From Planctomycetota bacterium (GTDB lineage: Bacteria > Planctomycetota > UBA1135 > UBA2386), in the NCBI GenBank assembly GCA_965223545.1, contig OZ245006.1:3296001-3360000 (forward strand): a DNA stretch of 64,000 nt, given 5' to 3'. This document shows positions 48,082 through 59,211 of this stretch, in pieces. A program made the position numbers and the translations under genes. The stretch's first letter is position 1, and every line of letters begins with the position of its first letter. Below the pieces are notes generated by a model. The model ran no database searches, was not told where the DNA came from, and was given only the letters and a program-made list of their open reading frames with translations.

Positions 48082-50115
48082 ATGAACAGCGCATTCTCGA
48101 GAGCGCGATCGGCAATCCTCACCGCGGCGGTGACCCCGCTGATTTCGGTTTCCGCGCAGCCCACGAGTTGGGTCTTGCGCGACGACGCCCCCGGGCCCGG
48201 CGCGCGCGCCTACGACTCCGCGCGCGCACGCGTGGTCGCTCTCCAGGGCGGTGTGTTGTGGGAGTGGGACGGCGAGTTCTGGGCCCGCCGCTCGGTCGCG
48301 CCAGGCCGCTTCGGCTTGGCGGCGCCGGCGCTCGCCTACCACGCCGGCTCGGCAGTCACGCTGATGGTCGGCGACGACGTTCGCAGCTGGGACGGACTCG
48401 CCTGGCAGGTGTACGGCACGCCGGGCCCCGGTGCGCGCGACGAGGCCGCGATGGTCTACGACGCCTCGCGGGATCGCGTCGTGTTGTTCGGCGGTACCAG
48501 CGGCGACGCGCGGACATGGACTTGGGACGGCACGCGCTGGACCGCGCACGCGGACGGCCAGGCACCGAGCCCGCGCCGCGGCCACGCCATGGCCTACGAC
48601 AGCGCACGCGATCGCGTGGTGCTCGCCGGCGGCTTCGACTACGCCGGCAACCTCTTGTCCGACACCTGGGAGTGGGACGGCGGCCAATGGAGGCAGCGCG
48701 CGGTCACCGGCCTCGCGCCGTTGGCGCACGCGGCGATCGCCTACGACCCGGTGCGGCGGCGGACGGTGCTGCGCGACCCGAACGTCGGGACGTGGGAGTG
48801 GGACGGCACCGGCTGGGCCCAGCTCGGCACGCTCGGACCACACCCTGGGTCGCGCTCGGGCAACGCGGCGGTGTGGTTTCCGCCGCGGCAGTCGGTCGTC
48901 TTGCTGCGCGCGGACGAGGCGTGGCACTGGGATGGCGTGCAGTGGCAGCAGCCGGACCCGACCGCGCGCCCGCTCGGCTTGAGCTACGGCTTCTACGACG
49001 CCGACCGGCAGCAGGTGGTGGCACCCGTCCTGCGCGAGACTTGGCTGTGGGACGGCGCACGTTGGCGGCGCCAGGGCCCATCGCCCGTGGCGCCCCTCAA
49101 CCCCGGGATCGCCTACGACCCCCTGCGCCGGCAGGGGCTGGCGTTCGGCGGCGACAACGGGGGGCAGCCGACGGCGGACACGTTCGCCTGGGACGGGACG
49201 CAGTGGACGCTGCTGAGCCCGGCGCAGTCACCGCCGGCGACTCGGTTCGCGGCCCTGGCTTGGGACTCGGTCCGCGGCCAAGTGATCGCTCTCGTGCCAG
49301 AACCAGGACAGACCGTCGGCCGACAACAGTGGCGGTTCGACGGGTCGACCTGGAGCCAGGATCTGGGGGCGATGCCCCCGCCGCACGTGTTCCAAAGGGA
49401 GCTGATCAGCGACACCGTGCGCGGCCGCATCGTGCACACGGGGTTCGACGGCACCTGGGAATGGGACGGCACCACCTGGCAGCAGATCGACGCCACTGCG
49501 CAGTCGGTCTCTGCGCAGATCGCCTTCGACGCCGTGCGCGGCCGCACGCTGGCCATGCAGCGCGGGGGCGTCCACGAGTGGGATGGCGCGGTCTGGACGC
49601 CACCGTCGGGCGGCAGCTTCACGCCGTTCATCGACAACCTGTTCGTCTTCGATGCGGCACTGCAGCACGCAATCGGCTACGACGACTTCAGCGACCGGAC
49701 CTGGGCCTACGGCGCTCTTTCGCCGGCCGCGGTGTCGACCTATGGCGCGCCGTGCGCCGGCAGCGCGCGGCCCACGCGGATCGCGGCTTGGGGCCTGCCC
49801 TCGCTCGGCAGTGATGCGTTCGCCCTCGACGTGCTCGCGTCGGGTGGACCGCAGCCCGCCGCCCTCTTCCTCGCCCTCGCCGCCGGCCAGCGTGCACTCC
49901 CCAACGGCTGCAGTCTGCTCCTCGACCCGGCCCGCTTGCTCTTGCACGTGCCGGCGACGACCAACGCGGCCGGGTTCTGGACCACGCGCATCGAGATCCC
50001 GCCCGCCCCGATCCTGGCGGGCTTTCAGGTGTTCGGTCAGGCGGCGGTGCTCGACCCGAGCTTTGCCGGGGGACTGCAGACGACGCCGGGGGTGGACGTC
50101 CGCATCGGGCACTGA
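48082..50115 (+). CDS. Secreted kelch-like W(E)WDG-repeat beta-propeller protein with shared C-terminal domain
   Basis: Signal peptide; about 12 (A/M)YD..R.RVVLFGG...TWEWDG..W repeats. Confidence 0.85.
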   Translation: MNSAFSRARSAILTAAVTPLISVSAQPTSWVLRDDAPGPGARAYDSARARVVALQGGVLWEWDGEFWARRSVAPGRFGLAAPALAYHAGSAVTLMVGDDVRSWDGLAWQVYGTPGPGARDEAAMVYDASRDRVVLFGGTSGDARTWTWDGTRWTAHADGQAPSPRRGHAMAYDSARDRVVLAGGFDYAGNLLSDTWEWDGGQWRQRAVTGLAPLAHAAIAYDPVRRRTVLRDPNVGTWEWDGTGWAQLGTLGPHPGSRSGNAAVWFPPRQSVVLLRADEAWHWDGVQWQQPDPTARPLGLSYGFYDADRQQVVAPVLRETWLWDGARWRRQGPSPVAPLNPGIAYDPLRRQGLAFGGDNGGQPTADTFAWDGTQWTLLSPAQSPPATRFAALAWDSVRGQVIALVPEPGQTVGRQQWRFDGSTWSQDLGAMPPPHVFQRELISDTVRGRIVHTGFDGTWEWDGTTWQQIDATAQSVSAQIAFDAVRGRTLAMQRGGVHEWDGAVWTPPSGGSFTPFIDNLFVFDAALQHAIGYDDFSDRTWAYGALSPAAVSTYGAPCAGSARPTRIAAWGLPSLGSDAFALDVLASGGPQPAALFLALAAGQRALPNGCSLLLDPARLLLHVPATTNAAGFWTTRIEIPPAPILAGFQVFGQAAVLDPSFAGGLQTTPGVDVRIGH

Positions 50116-50133
50116 CTGGACCCCGACGCTCCG

Positions 50134-51366
50134 TCAGAGCGTCCGTCCCGGCGGCAGCAGCGCCCCCGCAACCAGCAGCCCGCCGACCAGCGCAGTGGCA
50201 ACGATCGCGACCTCGAACACCGCTTGCGCCCCCGCCACCGCGTCGCGGGCCAAGAACAGATCCAAGGCGCGGTAGCCGACCGAGCCGGGGACCAGCATCA
50301 AGATCCCCGGCAGCAACGGTACCGACGCCGGCCGGTCGCGCCACCGCGCGAAGCCGTGCGCGACGAGGCCGACGCCGAGCGCACCAGCGAACGCGGCGAG
50401 CTCGACGCCCTGCGCCGCGGCGCCGAGCCTCGCCGCGACGACGCCGGCGGCGGTCGCCAGCATCACCCATGGCACCTCGCGCCAACGGGCTTGGAACAAT
50501 ACGGCGAAGGCGAGCGGGGAGAGCGCGTACGCGACCCACGCACACCACTCGGGCAGCGGCACGGCCGCAGCGACCGACGCCGGGGCACCCAATGCGGTGG
50601 CCGCCCCGCGGCCGAGCGCGACGCCGAGGCCGATCATCAAGAAGACGATGCCGGCATCGGCGAGGCGCGCGGCACCCGAGACCAGGTGCCGCGTCGCCAG
50701 GTCGATCAGGCTGAGCGTCAGCGCCAGGCCGGGCAACAGCACGATGAGAGCGGCGAGGGTGACCAGGTCGTGCGACATGGGGCCGGCCACCGCCGACCAC
50801 GCCGCCGCGGCGCCGGCGGCGGCGGCGGCGGTGACCAGCTCGGTCAGCACCGACGCCTCACGGCGGCGGGACAGCAACGGCACCAGGGCGGCCGTCAGGA
50901 GGCCGATGCCGGCCGCCGCCTGCAGCTCGGGGAGACCACCCCCGAACAAGACGGCCGCACCGGCGGAGACCACCGCGAACGCCAACGCCTGCAGCCAGGC
51001 CGGGTGCCGCCGCCGCCCCGCGGCGATGCGCTCGAGGTGCAGCGACGCGGCATCCAGGCCGATGTGCCCATCCTCGAGCTGCTCGAGCAGCTCGTCGACT
51101 TCGACCACCGCGCCCAGATCGGCTTCACCCGGCGCGACGCGGAGTAGACGCACTCGCTGCGCTTGGCCACCGAACGCGACGAACAGCGACGTCGGCGTGA
51201 CCAGCACCTGGGCTTCGAGGTCGAGGAACGTCGCGACGCGGGCGAGCAGGGCTTCGAGCCGGTGGGCCGGCGTGCCGAAGCGGTGCAGCAGCTGGGCCAC
51301 GCGCACCAAGAACGCTTCGCCGGGCGACGGCGCGAGCTGGGCAGAGAAGGCGAGTGAGGCAGTCAT
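50134..51366 (-). CDS. Threonine/serine exporter family (ThrE-like) protein
   Basis: LHRFGTPAHRLE, TPTSLFV, LFGGG, LLPGLALT...LVSGAARL, LVPGSVGYR. Confidence 0.88.
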   Translation of the reverse strand: MTASLAFSAQLAPSPGEAFLVRVAQLLHRFGTPAHRLEALLARVATFLDLEAQVLVTPTSLFVAFGGQAQRVRLLRVAPGEADLGAVVEVDELLEQLEDGHIGLDAASLHLERIAAGRRRHPAWLQALAFAVVSAGAAVLFGGGLPELQAAAGIGLLTAALVPLLSRRREASVLTELVTAAAAAGAAAAWSAVAGPMSHDLVTLAALIVLLPGLALTLSLIDLATRHLVSGAARLADAGIVFLMIGLGVALGRGAATALGAPASVAAAVPLPEWCAWVAYALSPLAFAVLFQARWREVPWVMLATAAGVVAARLGAAAQGVELAAFAGALGVGLVAHGFARWRDRPASVPLLPGILMLVPGSVGYRALDLFLARDAVAGAQAVFEVAIVATALVGGLLVAGALLPPGRTL

Positions 51367-51430
51367 CCGAACTATCGGTCGTCAAATTGGAGCAATCTCT
51401 TGTGTATGTTCTGCCTGCTGGAGATTCCTC

Positions 51431-51443
51431 CGAATAGTATTCG
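51431..51443. promoter_or_regulatory. Candidate Lrp/AsnC operator
   Basis: Palindrome CGAATA-G-TATTCG in the AT-rich gap between the divergent thrE-like and lrp-like genes. Confidence 0.5.
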
Positions 51444-51496
51444 TTCAACACTCCCCAGCAGCTGCCTGCGCCGAACACGATTCTGCCTCCGCCACC

Positions 51497-51988
51497 GTGA
51501 CCGACCCGCCGCCTTCTCTCGACGCGATCGACCGCCAGCTGCTCGGTCTCCTGCAGCGAGACGGTCGACTGACCAACAAGGAGCTCGCGGCGCGCGTCGG
51601 CCTCGCCCCGTCGTCGTGCTTGGCCCGCGTGCAGCGGCTCGTCGACCGCGGCGTGATCCGCGGCCACACGGCCCTGGTCGATCCCGAGGCCGTCGGCCTG
51701 CGCATCCAGGCCCTGGTGTTCGTCCAGCTGCAGTCGCACCGCGCCGGCGCGACCGAATCGCTGCGCGACCATCTGCTCCGGTTCGACGAAGTCCTCCAGC
51801 TGTATCACATCGGCGGGGCGCAAGACCTCGTCGTGCACATCGCCGTCCGCGATACCGATCACCTGCGCGCCGTGGTCATGGACCGCATCGCCGTGCACGA
51901 GCAGATCCGACACATCGAGACCAACATCGTCTTCGAGCACCACCGCGCGCCGGTACCCGCAACGACCGCTCACCGCACGTCGCCCTAG
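51497..51988 (+). CDS. Lrp/AsnC-family regulator
   Basis: LDAIDRQLLGLLQRDGRLTNKELAARVGLAPSSCLARVQRL; GTG start. Confidence 0.92.
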   Translation: MTDPPPSLDAIDRQLLGLLQRDGRLTNKELAARVGLAPSSCLARVQRLVDRGVIRGHTALVDPEAVGLRIQALVFVQLQSHRAGATESLRDHLLRFDEVLQLYHIGGAQDLVVHIAVRDTDHLRAVVMDRIAVHEQIRHIETNIVFEHHRAPVPATTAHRTSP

Positions 51989-52146
51989 TCCCCGGTCTTG
52001 CCTGCGGTGCGGCGCCTTGCGACGACCACTTGCCGCCCCGCCGCCGCCGTCAGCCCGTCACCCAGGAAAACGTGCAACTCGTGCTATGATCCGCACGTTG
52101 TAGACGAGAAGTGCGAGGCCGTCCCGACGCCCCGCACAGGACGCCC

Positions 52147-52611
52147 ATGGACCCGCGCCACCAACTCATGCAGATCGGTGAGTTCGCCAAGCTGGCGGGC
52201 ACCAATCTGCGCACGCTGCGCTACTACGAGGAGCTCGCCCTGCTGCAGCCCGCCGACCGCAGCGAGGGGGGCTTCCGGCTCTATCGGCGCAGCCAGCTCG
52301 ACCGGCTCGAGGCCATCAAACGGCTGCAGAGCCTCGGCCTCAGCCTGAAGGAGATCGCCGACGCGCTCGGGCCGGCGCAGCCGTGTGCCTCGGTGCTCGG
52401 CCAGTTGCGGCCCGCGCTGGAGCGGCAGATCGCGCTGACCAGCGACAAGATCGAGCGCTTGCAGGCAGAGCTGGGCCAACTGACCACGGCACGGCAGCGC
52501 CTGATCGACGTCTGCCAGCACTGCGACGAGCACCCGTCGCTCGAGCGTTGCGACCCCTGCCCGCACGACCAGGTGCCGCTGCCGCCCGTGCTGCGCGCGC
52601 TGCTGTCGTAG
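52147..52611 (+). CDS. MerR-family regulator with C-terminal Cys cluster
   Basis: MQIGEFAKLAGTNLRTLRYYEELALL...RSEGGFRLY; C-terminal CQHC-x8-CDPC. Confidence 0.88.
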   Translation: MDPRHQLMQIGEFAKLAGTNLRTLRYYEELALLQPADRSEGGFRLYRRSQLDRLEAIKRLQSLGLSLKEIADALGPAQPCASVLGQLRPALERQIALTSDKIERLQAELGQLTTARQRLIDVCQHCDEHPSLERCDPCPHDQVPLPPVLRALLS

Positions 52612-52701
52612 CCCGCCGCCCGGAGACGCACCGGGCCACGTGGCGGTGCAAACTTGCGGCGCGCGGTGCGCACCGACACACTCGCGCCCTGGAGTGACCC
52701 C

Positions 52702-54786
<2,085 letters not shown>

Positions 54787-54894
54787 ACTGGCCTCCTGTG
54801 CAAATCGGTTTCCCCGGGGCGCCCGCACCCGGTACGGTACAGCCTCGAGTCACGCGCTCGATCGAACGCCAGCGGTCAGCTGAGAGGTAGCAAC

Positions 54895-55305
54895 GTGTCC
54901 GACAGCCTGCACTCCGACACCATCACCGAGGGGGTCCGCGTCCAAGCCGCCGCCCAGTTCTTGCCCAGCGACTCCGACCCTTCGGCGAACAACTTCTGCT
55001 ACGCGTACCGCATCACGATCTACAACGAGGGTGACCGCCGCGCGCGCCTGCTGACCCGCCATTGGATCATCCGCGACGCCAACGGCAACCGACAGGACGT
55101 CAAGGGCCCCGGCGTCGTCGGCGAGTACCCCGACCTCGCCCCCAACGAGAGCTTCAGCTACGTCAGCGGCTGCCCGCTGCAGACGGAGTGGGGCACGATG
55201 GAGGGCAGCTACACGATGGAACGCGAGGACGGCGATCGGTTCGCGGTGCAGATCGGGCGGTTCTTCTTGGTGCCGACCGCGCCGCCGATCGAGGTGCCGC
55301 GCTGA
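54895..55305 (+). CDS. apaG: ApaG protein
   Basis: YAYRITIYN...LLTRHWII...GPGVVGEYP...YVSGCPL...GTMEGSY; GAGG RBS with GTG start. Confidence 0.95.
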   Translation: MSDSLHSDTITEGVRVQAAAQFLPSDSDPSANNFCYAYRITIYNEGDRRARLLTRHWIIRDANGNRQDVKGPGVVGEYPDLAPNESFSYVSGCPLQTEWGTMEGSYTMEREDGDRFAVQIGRFFLVPTAPPIEVPR

Positions 55306-55317
55306 GGTCGCTGTGCA

Positions 55318-56931
55318 TTACTTCGGCGACACGACCGACTCGTTGCCGTCGACGATGATGCGCACGCGGTAGTCGCCTTCCACCCACCGCGACTCCTTCT
55401 CCAAGTCGGCGATTAGGCGGCCGGGCTCCGAGAAGCGTCTCTCCACCTCGCACCAAACCGGTTGTCCGGCGTGGGTCAGTCGCTGCTCCAAGAACCACCG
55501 GCCCTGTCGTGACTGGCTGGCAGCCAAGAGCTGGTCGACGCGCTCGCGCTGCTCGCCGGCGACGCGGAGCGGCACGGCGGCGGGGCGAGACAACGGTGCC
55601 GGGCGCTGGCCGGCGGTCCACTGCGTCAGCGCGTTCTCCTGCACCCAGTCGATGACGATCGCACTCGATGCGCGACCGAGTCCGCGGACGATCAACCCAC
55701 CCGCGAAATTCCAACACCGCAGGCCGGGGCTCGTGACGTCGTTCGAGATCCGGACGAGCACCGGCCGACCGTCGCCCCCGACGCTCCACTGCTTCGCCAC
55801 CACGGAGTTACCGTCGAAACCGCGCAGACAGACGGACTCGCGATCCTCGACAATGCGCACGACGGCGGCGCCTTGCGCACCAGCGGCGCGCTCCACGGGG
55901 CTCGCGAAGCTCCACCCATCGCCGATCCCGAACAGCTCGACGCCGGACTGCTGCCGGCCCAACGGAAACACGGCCTGCTCGGCGCCGGCCTTCACGTCCC
56001 GTTGGCGCCACCGGCCTCCGCTCGAATCAGCGGATCGCCAGCAGACGACGCCGTCGCCGGGCACGCGGTGCGAGAACACGACTGTGGCCATCCAGGCCGG
56101 GCTCGGCGTCGCGAACCGCAGCGCACACGGCGGTGACGCGAACTGGCTCTGGCCGCGGTCCTGGTCGTCGGTCACGTGGAATGCATACGGTGCATCGACG
56201 ACCAGACCATCGATCACGCCTTCGCGGCCCGTGAACTCCACCTGCCGATCGCGCACCACGACCCAACCGCCGAGCTGCGGGCGCGCGCGGAGGTGCCGCC
56301 CCCAGCGCCAGCGACCGGTCGCAGGATCCTGCGGCACGGCGACACCAGCGACGACTTGCCCGGGAGACGGTGGTGCGTCCAGCGCACAGGTGGCACTCGT
56401 CAGCCGGCGCAGGACGATGCGAACGTCCTTCAGCGGCGGCTCGATACACACGAGCACACGCTCGAAACCCTCCGCCGTCGCCGACGCCCACAGGTTGCGC
56501 TCGCCCATCGAGCGCGCTCCGCGGTCGAGATCGAGAACGCCCTCGGCGCGCTCGGTGGCGGCGTCGGCGTCGCGCAGTAGCTGCCGCTTGCGGGCGGTGG
56601 CTTCGCTCGGCGCCACGCTCGTGTCGAAGAGCGACAACCGCGCATTCGGAATGGTCGTCCCATCTTCGTCGACGGCGTAGACCATCGGCGGACGCGCGGG
56701 CGAGAGCCGATCCTCGGCCGCATCCACAGCGTCGAGGCCACCGGCCTCGATGGCCGGCACGCGCGCCGCCTCAGCAGCCGCCCCCACGGCAGCGAGGCCA
56801 CCGGTCGCGGTCGCGACGGCGGTAACCGGCGGCATCGAGACCGGCGCTCCATCGGAGGAGTCACCGGTCGCGAGCCACAGCGATGCGGCCGTGACAACCA
56901 ACAGGATCAACGCGGTCGGGATGGCACGCAT
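55318..56931 (-). CDS. Hypothetical membrane-anchored/secreted protein
   Basis: N-terminal hydrophobic helix, Ala/Pro-rich linker, then beta-rich segments (AVDEDGTTIPNARL, ATAEGF). Confidence 0.65.
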   Translation of the reverse strand: MRAIPTALILLVVTAASLWLATGDSSDGAPVSMPPVTAVATATGGLAAVGAAAEAARVPAIEAGGLDAVDAAEDRLSPARPPMVYAVDEDGTTIPNARLSLFDTSVAPSEATARKRQLLRDADAATERAEGVLDLDRGARSMGERNLWASATAEGFERVLVCIEPPLKDVRIVLRRLTSATCALDAPPSPGQVVAGVAVPQDPATGRWRWGRHLRARPQLGGWVVVRDRQVEFTGREGVIDGLVVDAPYAFHVTDDQDRGQSQFASPPCALRFATPSPAWMATVVFSHRVPGDGVVCWRSADSSGGRWRQRDVKAGAEQAVFPLGRQQSGVELFGIGDGWSFASPVERAAGAQGAAVVRIVEDRESVCLRGFDGNSVVAKQWSVGGDGRPVLVRISNDVTSPGLRCWNFAGGLIVRGLGRASSAIVIDWVQENALTQWTAGQRPAPLSRPAAVPLRVAGEQRERVDQLLAASQSRQGRWFLEQRLTHAGQPVWCEVERRFSEPGRLIADLEKESRWVEGDYRVRIIVDGNESVVSPK

Positions 56932-56949
56932 GGTCTGCGACTCGCTTCG

Positions 56950-57303
56950 TCAGCTCCAGCTGCTCCCTGAGAGGTCCGGCTTGGCCTTGGGGTAGCTGAC
57001 GCGCACCTCGATGACGGTGCCCTTGGGGGGCGCGCCGTCGAAAGTGATCTCGAGCGTCTTCTTGCCGGTGCCCGGCATGTGCCATTCGTACTCGCTCTCA
57101 CTGAGCTCGCGGCCGTTGACGAACACGCCTTCGCACGCGGTGATCTTGTTGTTGAACTCCATCTTGACCATCGACTTGTCGCCGGGCGCGGTGACCGACA
57201 CGTTGGTCTCGCCGCCACCTGGCGATGCCGCCGCGGGCTGAGCCATGGCGCAAGGCGCCAACAAAACGAATGCGAGGATCATCAGAAGCGCGGTACGGAG
57301 CAT
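56950..57303 (-). CDS. Small secreted beta-rich hypothetical protein (117 aa)
   Basis: AAGGGA upstream of ATG 57303; signal peptide MLRTALLMILAFVLLAPCAMA-Q; Lys-rich mature part. Confidence 0.75.
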   Translation of the reverse strand: MLRTALLMILAFVLLAPCAMAQPAAASPGGGETNVSVTAPGDKSMVKMEFNNKITACEGVFVNGRELSESEYEWHMPGTGKKTLEITFDGAPPKGTVIEVRVSYPKAKPDLSGSSWS

Positions 57304-57482
57304 GGGATTCCCCTTCTCTCTGTTGCAAAAAGACTCGGATCTGGCGGGCGGCCGGTGACCGTTCACCGAGCAACGCCCGCGCTGAACATGGGCGTGGTCG
57401 CGGGATCGAACCGGAGGGTCCGAGGAGCTTTCCTTGCATCCGTAGCTCTCCGGCGGGCGAACCCGTCGGAGAGTCACAGTCC

Positions 57483-58388
57483 ATGACGAAACCCACCAAA
57501 ACGCTGCCCGCCGGCGGCAGCCTCGCGCTGGCGGCACTGGTCAGCTCGCTGGCCTCGTGCTCGACCACCTATCCGCGGCGCGACCCGACGGGCGATCTGT
57601 TCCCTTCGGTTCGGGGTAACGCGCTCGATGGAACCGAAGTCGCGCTACCGGAAGCCGGCTCCGGAGCCCCGCTGCTGTTGCTCGTCGGCTACGAGCAAGA
57701 CGCGCAGTTCGACATCGATCGCTGGTTGCTGGGCCTGTCACAAGCCGGCGTGCAGGTGCGCACCTACGAGGTCCCGGCCATTGCCGGGATGGTGCCGCGC
57801 ATGATCTCGGGCGCGATCGACGGTGGCATGCGGCGCGGAATCCCCGCTGAGGACTGGGGCGCGGTGGTCACGCTCTACGACGATGCCGCTCCCGTGGCAG
57901 CGCTCACCGGCAGCGAGGACGGGCTCACCGGTCGTGTGCTTCTCCTCGACGGGGACGGCCGCGTCACCTTCTTCCACGACCGGGGGTATTCCGTCGGTTC
58001 TCTCGAGCGGCTGCAGGCCGCGTTGGCGAAGTTGGAACCGGCTGGGGCGGCAGCTGCGATTTCCGTGCTCGAGGCGCCGCAAGCCGGTGTTCTGGTCGGC
58101 AACTGGAAGGCCGATCTGCGCCCGACACCGGACGCAGAACCCTACTTCGCTCCTTTCGTGGTGACTTCGGCCACCGAGAATGCACTCACCGGCAGCTTCT
58201 ACGGCTCGCCGATCCGCGAAGGCCGCGTCAACGTGCTCTGGGGGAAGCCGTACTTCGCGTTCGTCACCGACGATGGCTCGGGAAGCTATCACACCGCGGG
58301 CTACTGGGAAGCGGGCACGCTGCACGGCACGACGCATTCGCTGGGGCGCGATTTCGTGTCGGTGTGGACCGCGGAGCTCGAGCAGTAG
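57483..58388 (+). CDS. Two-domain lipoprotein (thioredoxin-like fold without CxxC plus a beta-rich domain)
   Basis: Lipobox LASC; FPSVRGNALDGTEVALP...VLLLDGDGRV; second domain WKADLRPTP...FAFVTDDGSG...WTAE. Confidence 0.7.
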   Translation: MTKPTKTLPAGGSLALAALVSSLASCSTTYPRRDPTGDLFPSVRGNALDGTEVALPEAGSGAPLLLLVGYEQDAQFDIDRWLLGLSQAGVQVRTYEVPAIAGMVPRMISGAIDGGMRRGIPAEDWGAVVTLYDDAAPVAALTGSEDGLTGRVLLLDGDGRVTFFHDRGYSVGSLERLQAALAKLEPAGAAAAISVLEAPQAGVLVGNWKADLRPTPDAEPYFAPFVVTSATENALTGSFYGSPIREGRVNVLWGKPYFAFVTDDGSGSYHTAGYWEAGTLHGTTHSLGRDFVSVWTAELEQ

Positions 58389-58446
58389 CTGCCACCGGCG
58401 GCCCGGGCGCACTTGCCCGCCACCCTCGATCTGCTCTCATGGGGTG

Positions 58447-59124
58447 ATGTCGGATGCCGAACCGACAACCTGCTGGCAGCTCGTGCACCGGGCCGCGGCC
58501 GGGCACGAACGCGATCGCGCCGCGTTCGCTGCACGCTACTTGCCGCTGGTGCGCTGCTACTTCGAGCAGCGCTGGCGCAACTGGCCGATCGCGCAGGAGA
58601 CACCGGACGCGGTGCAGGACGTCTTCGTCGAGTGCTGCTGTGCCGACGGCCCACTGGCTCGCGCGGATCCGACGCGGGGTCGCTTCCGCGCCCTGCTGGT
58701 CGGCGTCACTGCCAACGTCGCGCGACGCTACGAAGAACGCGCTGCCCGGCGAAAGGAGCGGGCGCCCGACGAGACCGCCTTCCTGCAAAACCAACCCGCG
58801 CGAGAGGCCCGGCTATCGCAGCTCTTCGACCGCCAGTGGGCGGAGGAGATCATGGCCCAAACGGCGGCCCTGATGCGCCGCCGTGCGTGCGCACCCGACG
58901 CCGTGGAGCGCTTCGAGATCCTGCGGCTGCGCTTCCAGGAGGGAGTCCCGATCCGCGAGATCGCTGCCCGATGGGATCGCCCCGCGCGCGCAGTGCACGA
59001 CGCCTACGCCAAGGCTCGCCGGGAGTTCTACGCCTGCCTCCGCGAGATCGTCGCGATCAACGGCACCGCTTCCGGCCCCCACCTCGATGAGGAGTGCCGC
59101 CAGCTGTTGGCACTCCTCGGCTGA
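58447..59124 (+). CDS. ECF sigma factor of the Ser/Thr kinase-associated type
   Basis: TTCWQLV, RYLPLV, DAVQDVF, GRFRALL, FDRQWA, IREIAARW; directly upstream of a kinase. Confidence 0.85.
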   Translation: MSDAEPTTCWQLVHRAAAGHERDRAAFAARYLPLVRCYFEQRWRNWPIAQETPDAVQDVFVECCCADGPLARADPTRGRFRALLVGVTANVARRYEERAARRKERAPDETAFLQNQPAREARLSQLFDRQWAEEIMAQTAALMRRRACAPDAVERFEILRLRFQEGVPIREIAARWDRPARAVHDAYAKARREFYACLREIVAINGTASGPHLDEECRQLLALLG

Positions 59125-59153
59125 ACCGCGATCCGCCAGCGATTTCCCGTCGG

Positions 59154-59175
59154 GAAGCGCCGGTTCGGCGGAAGA
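59154..59175 (+). promoter_or_regulatory. Candidate ECF promoter/regulatory motif, copy 1
   Basis: GAAGCGCCGGTTCGGCGGAAGA ends 36 nt before the kinase ATG and resembles 62774-62794. Confidence 0.45.
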
Positions 59176-59211
59176 CCGGACCGGTAGTTAACCTCGGGGT
59201 TGACCCGAGCC

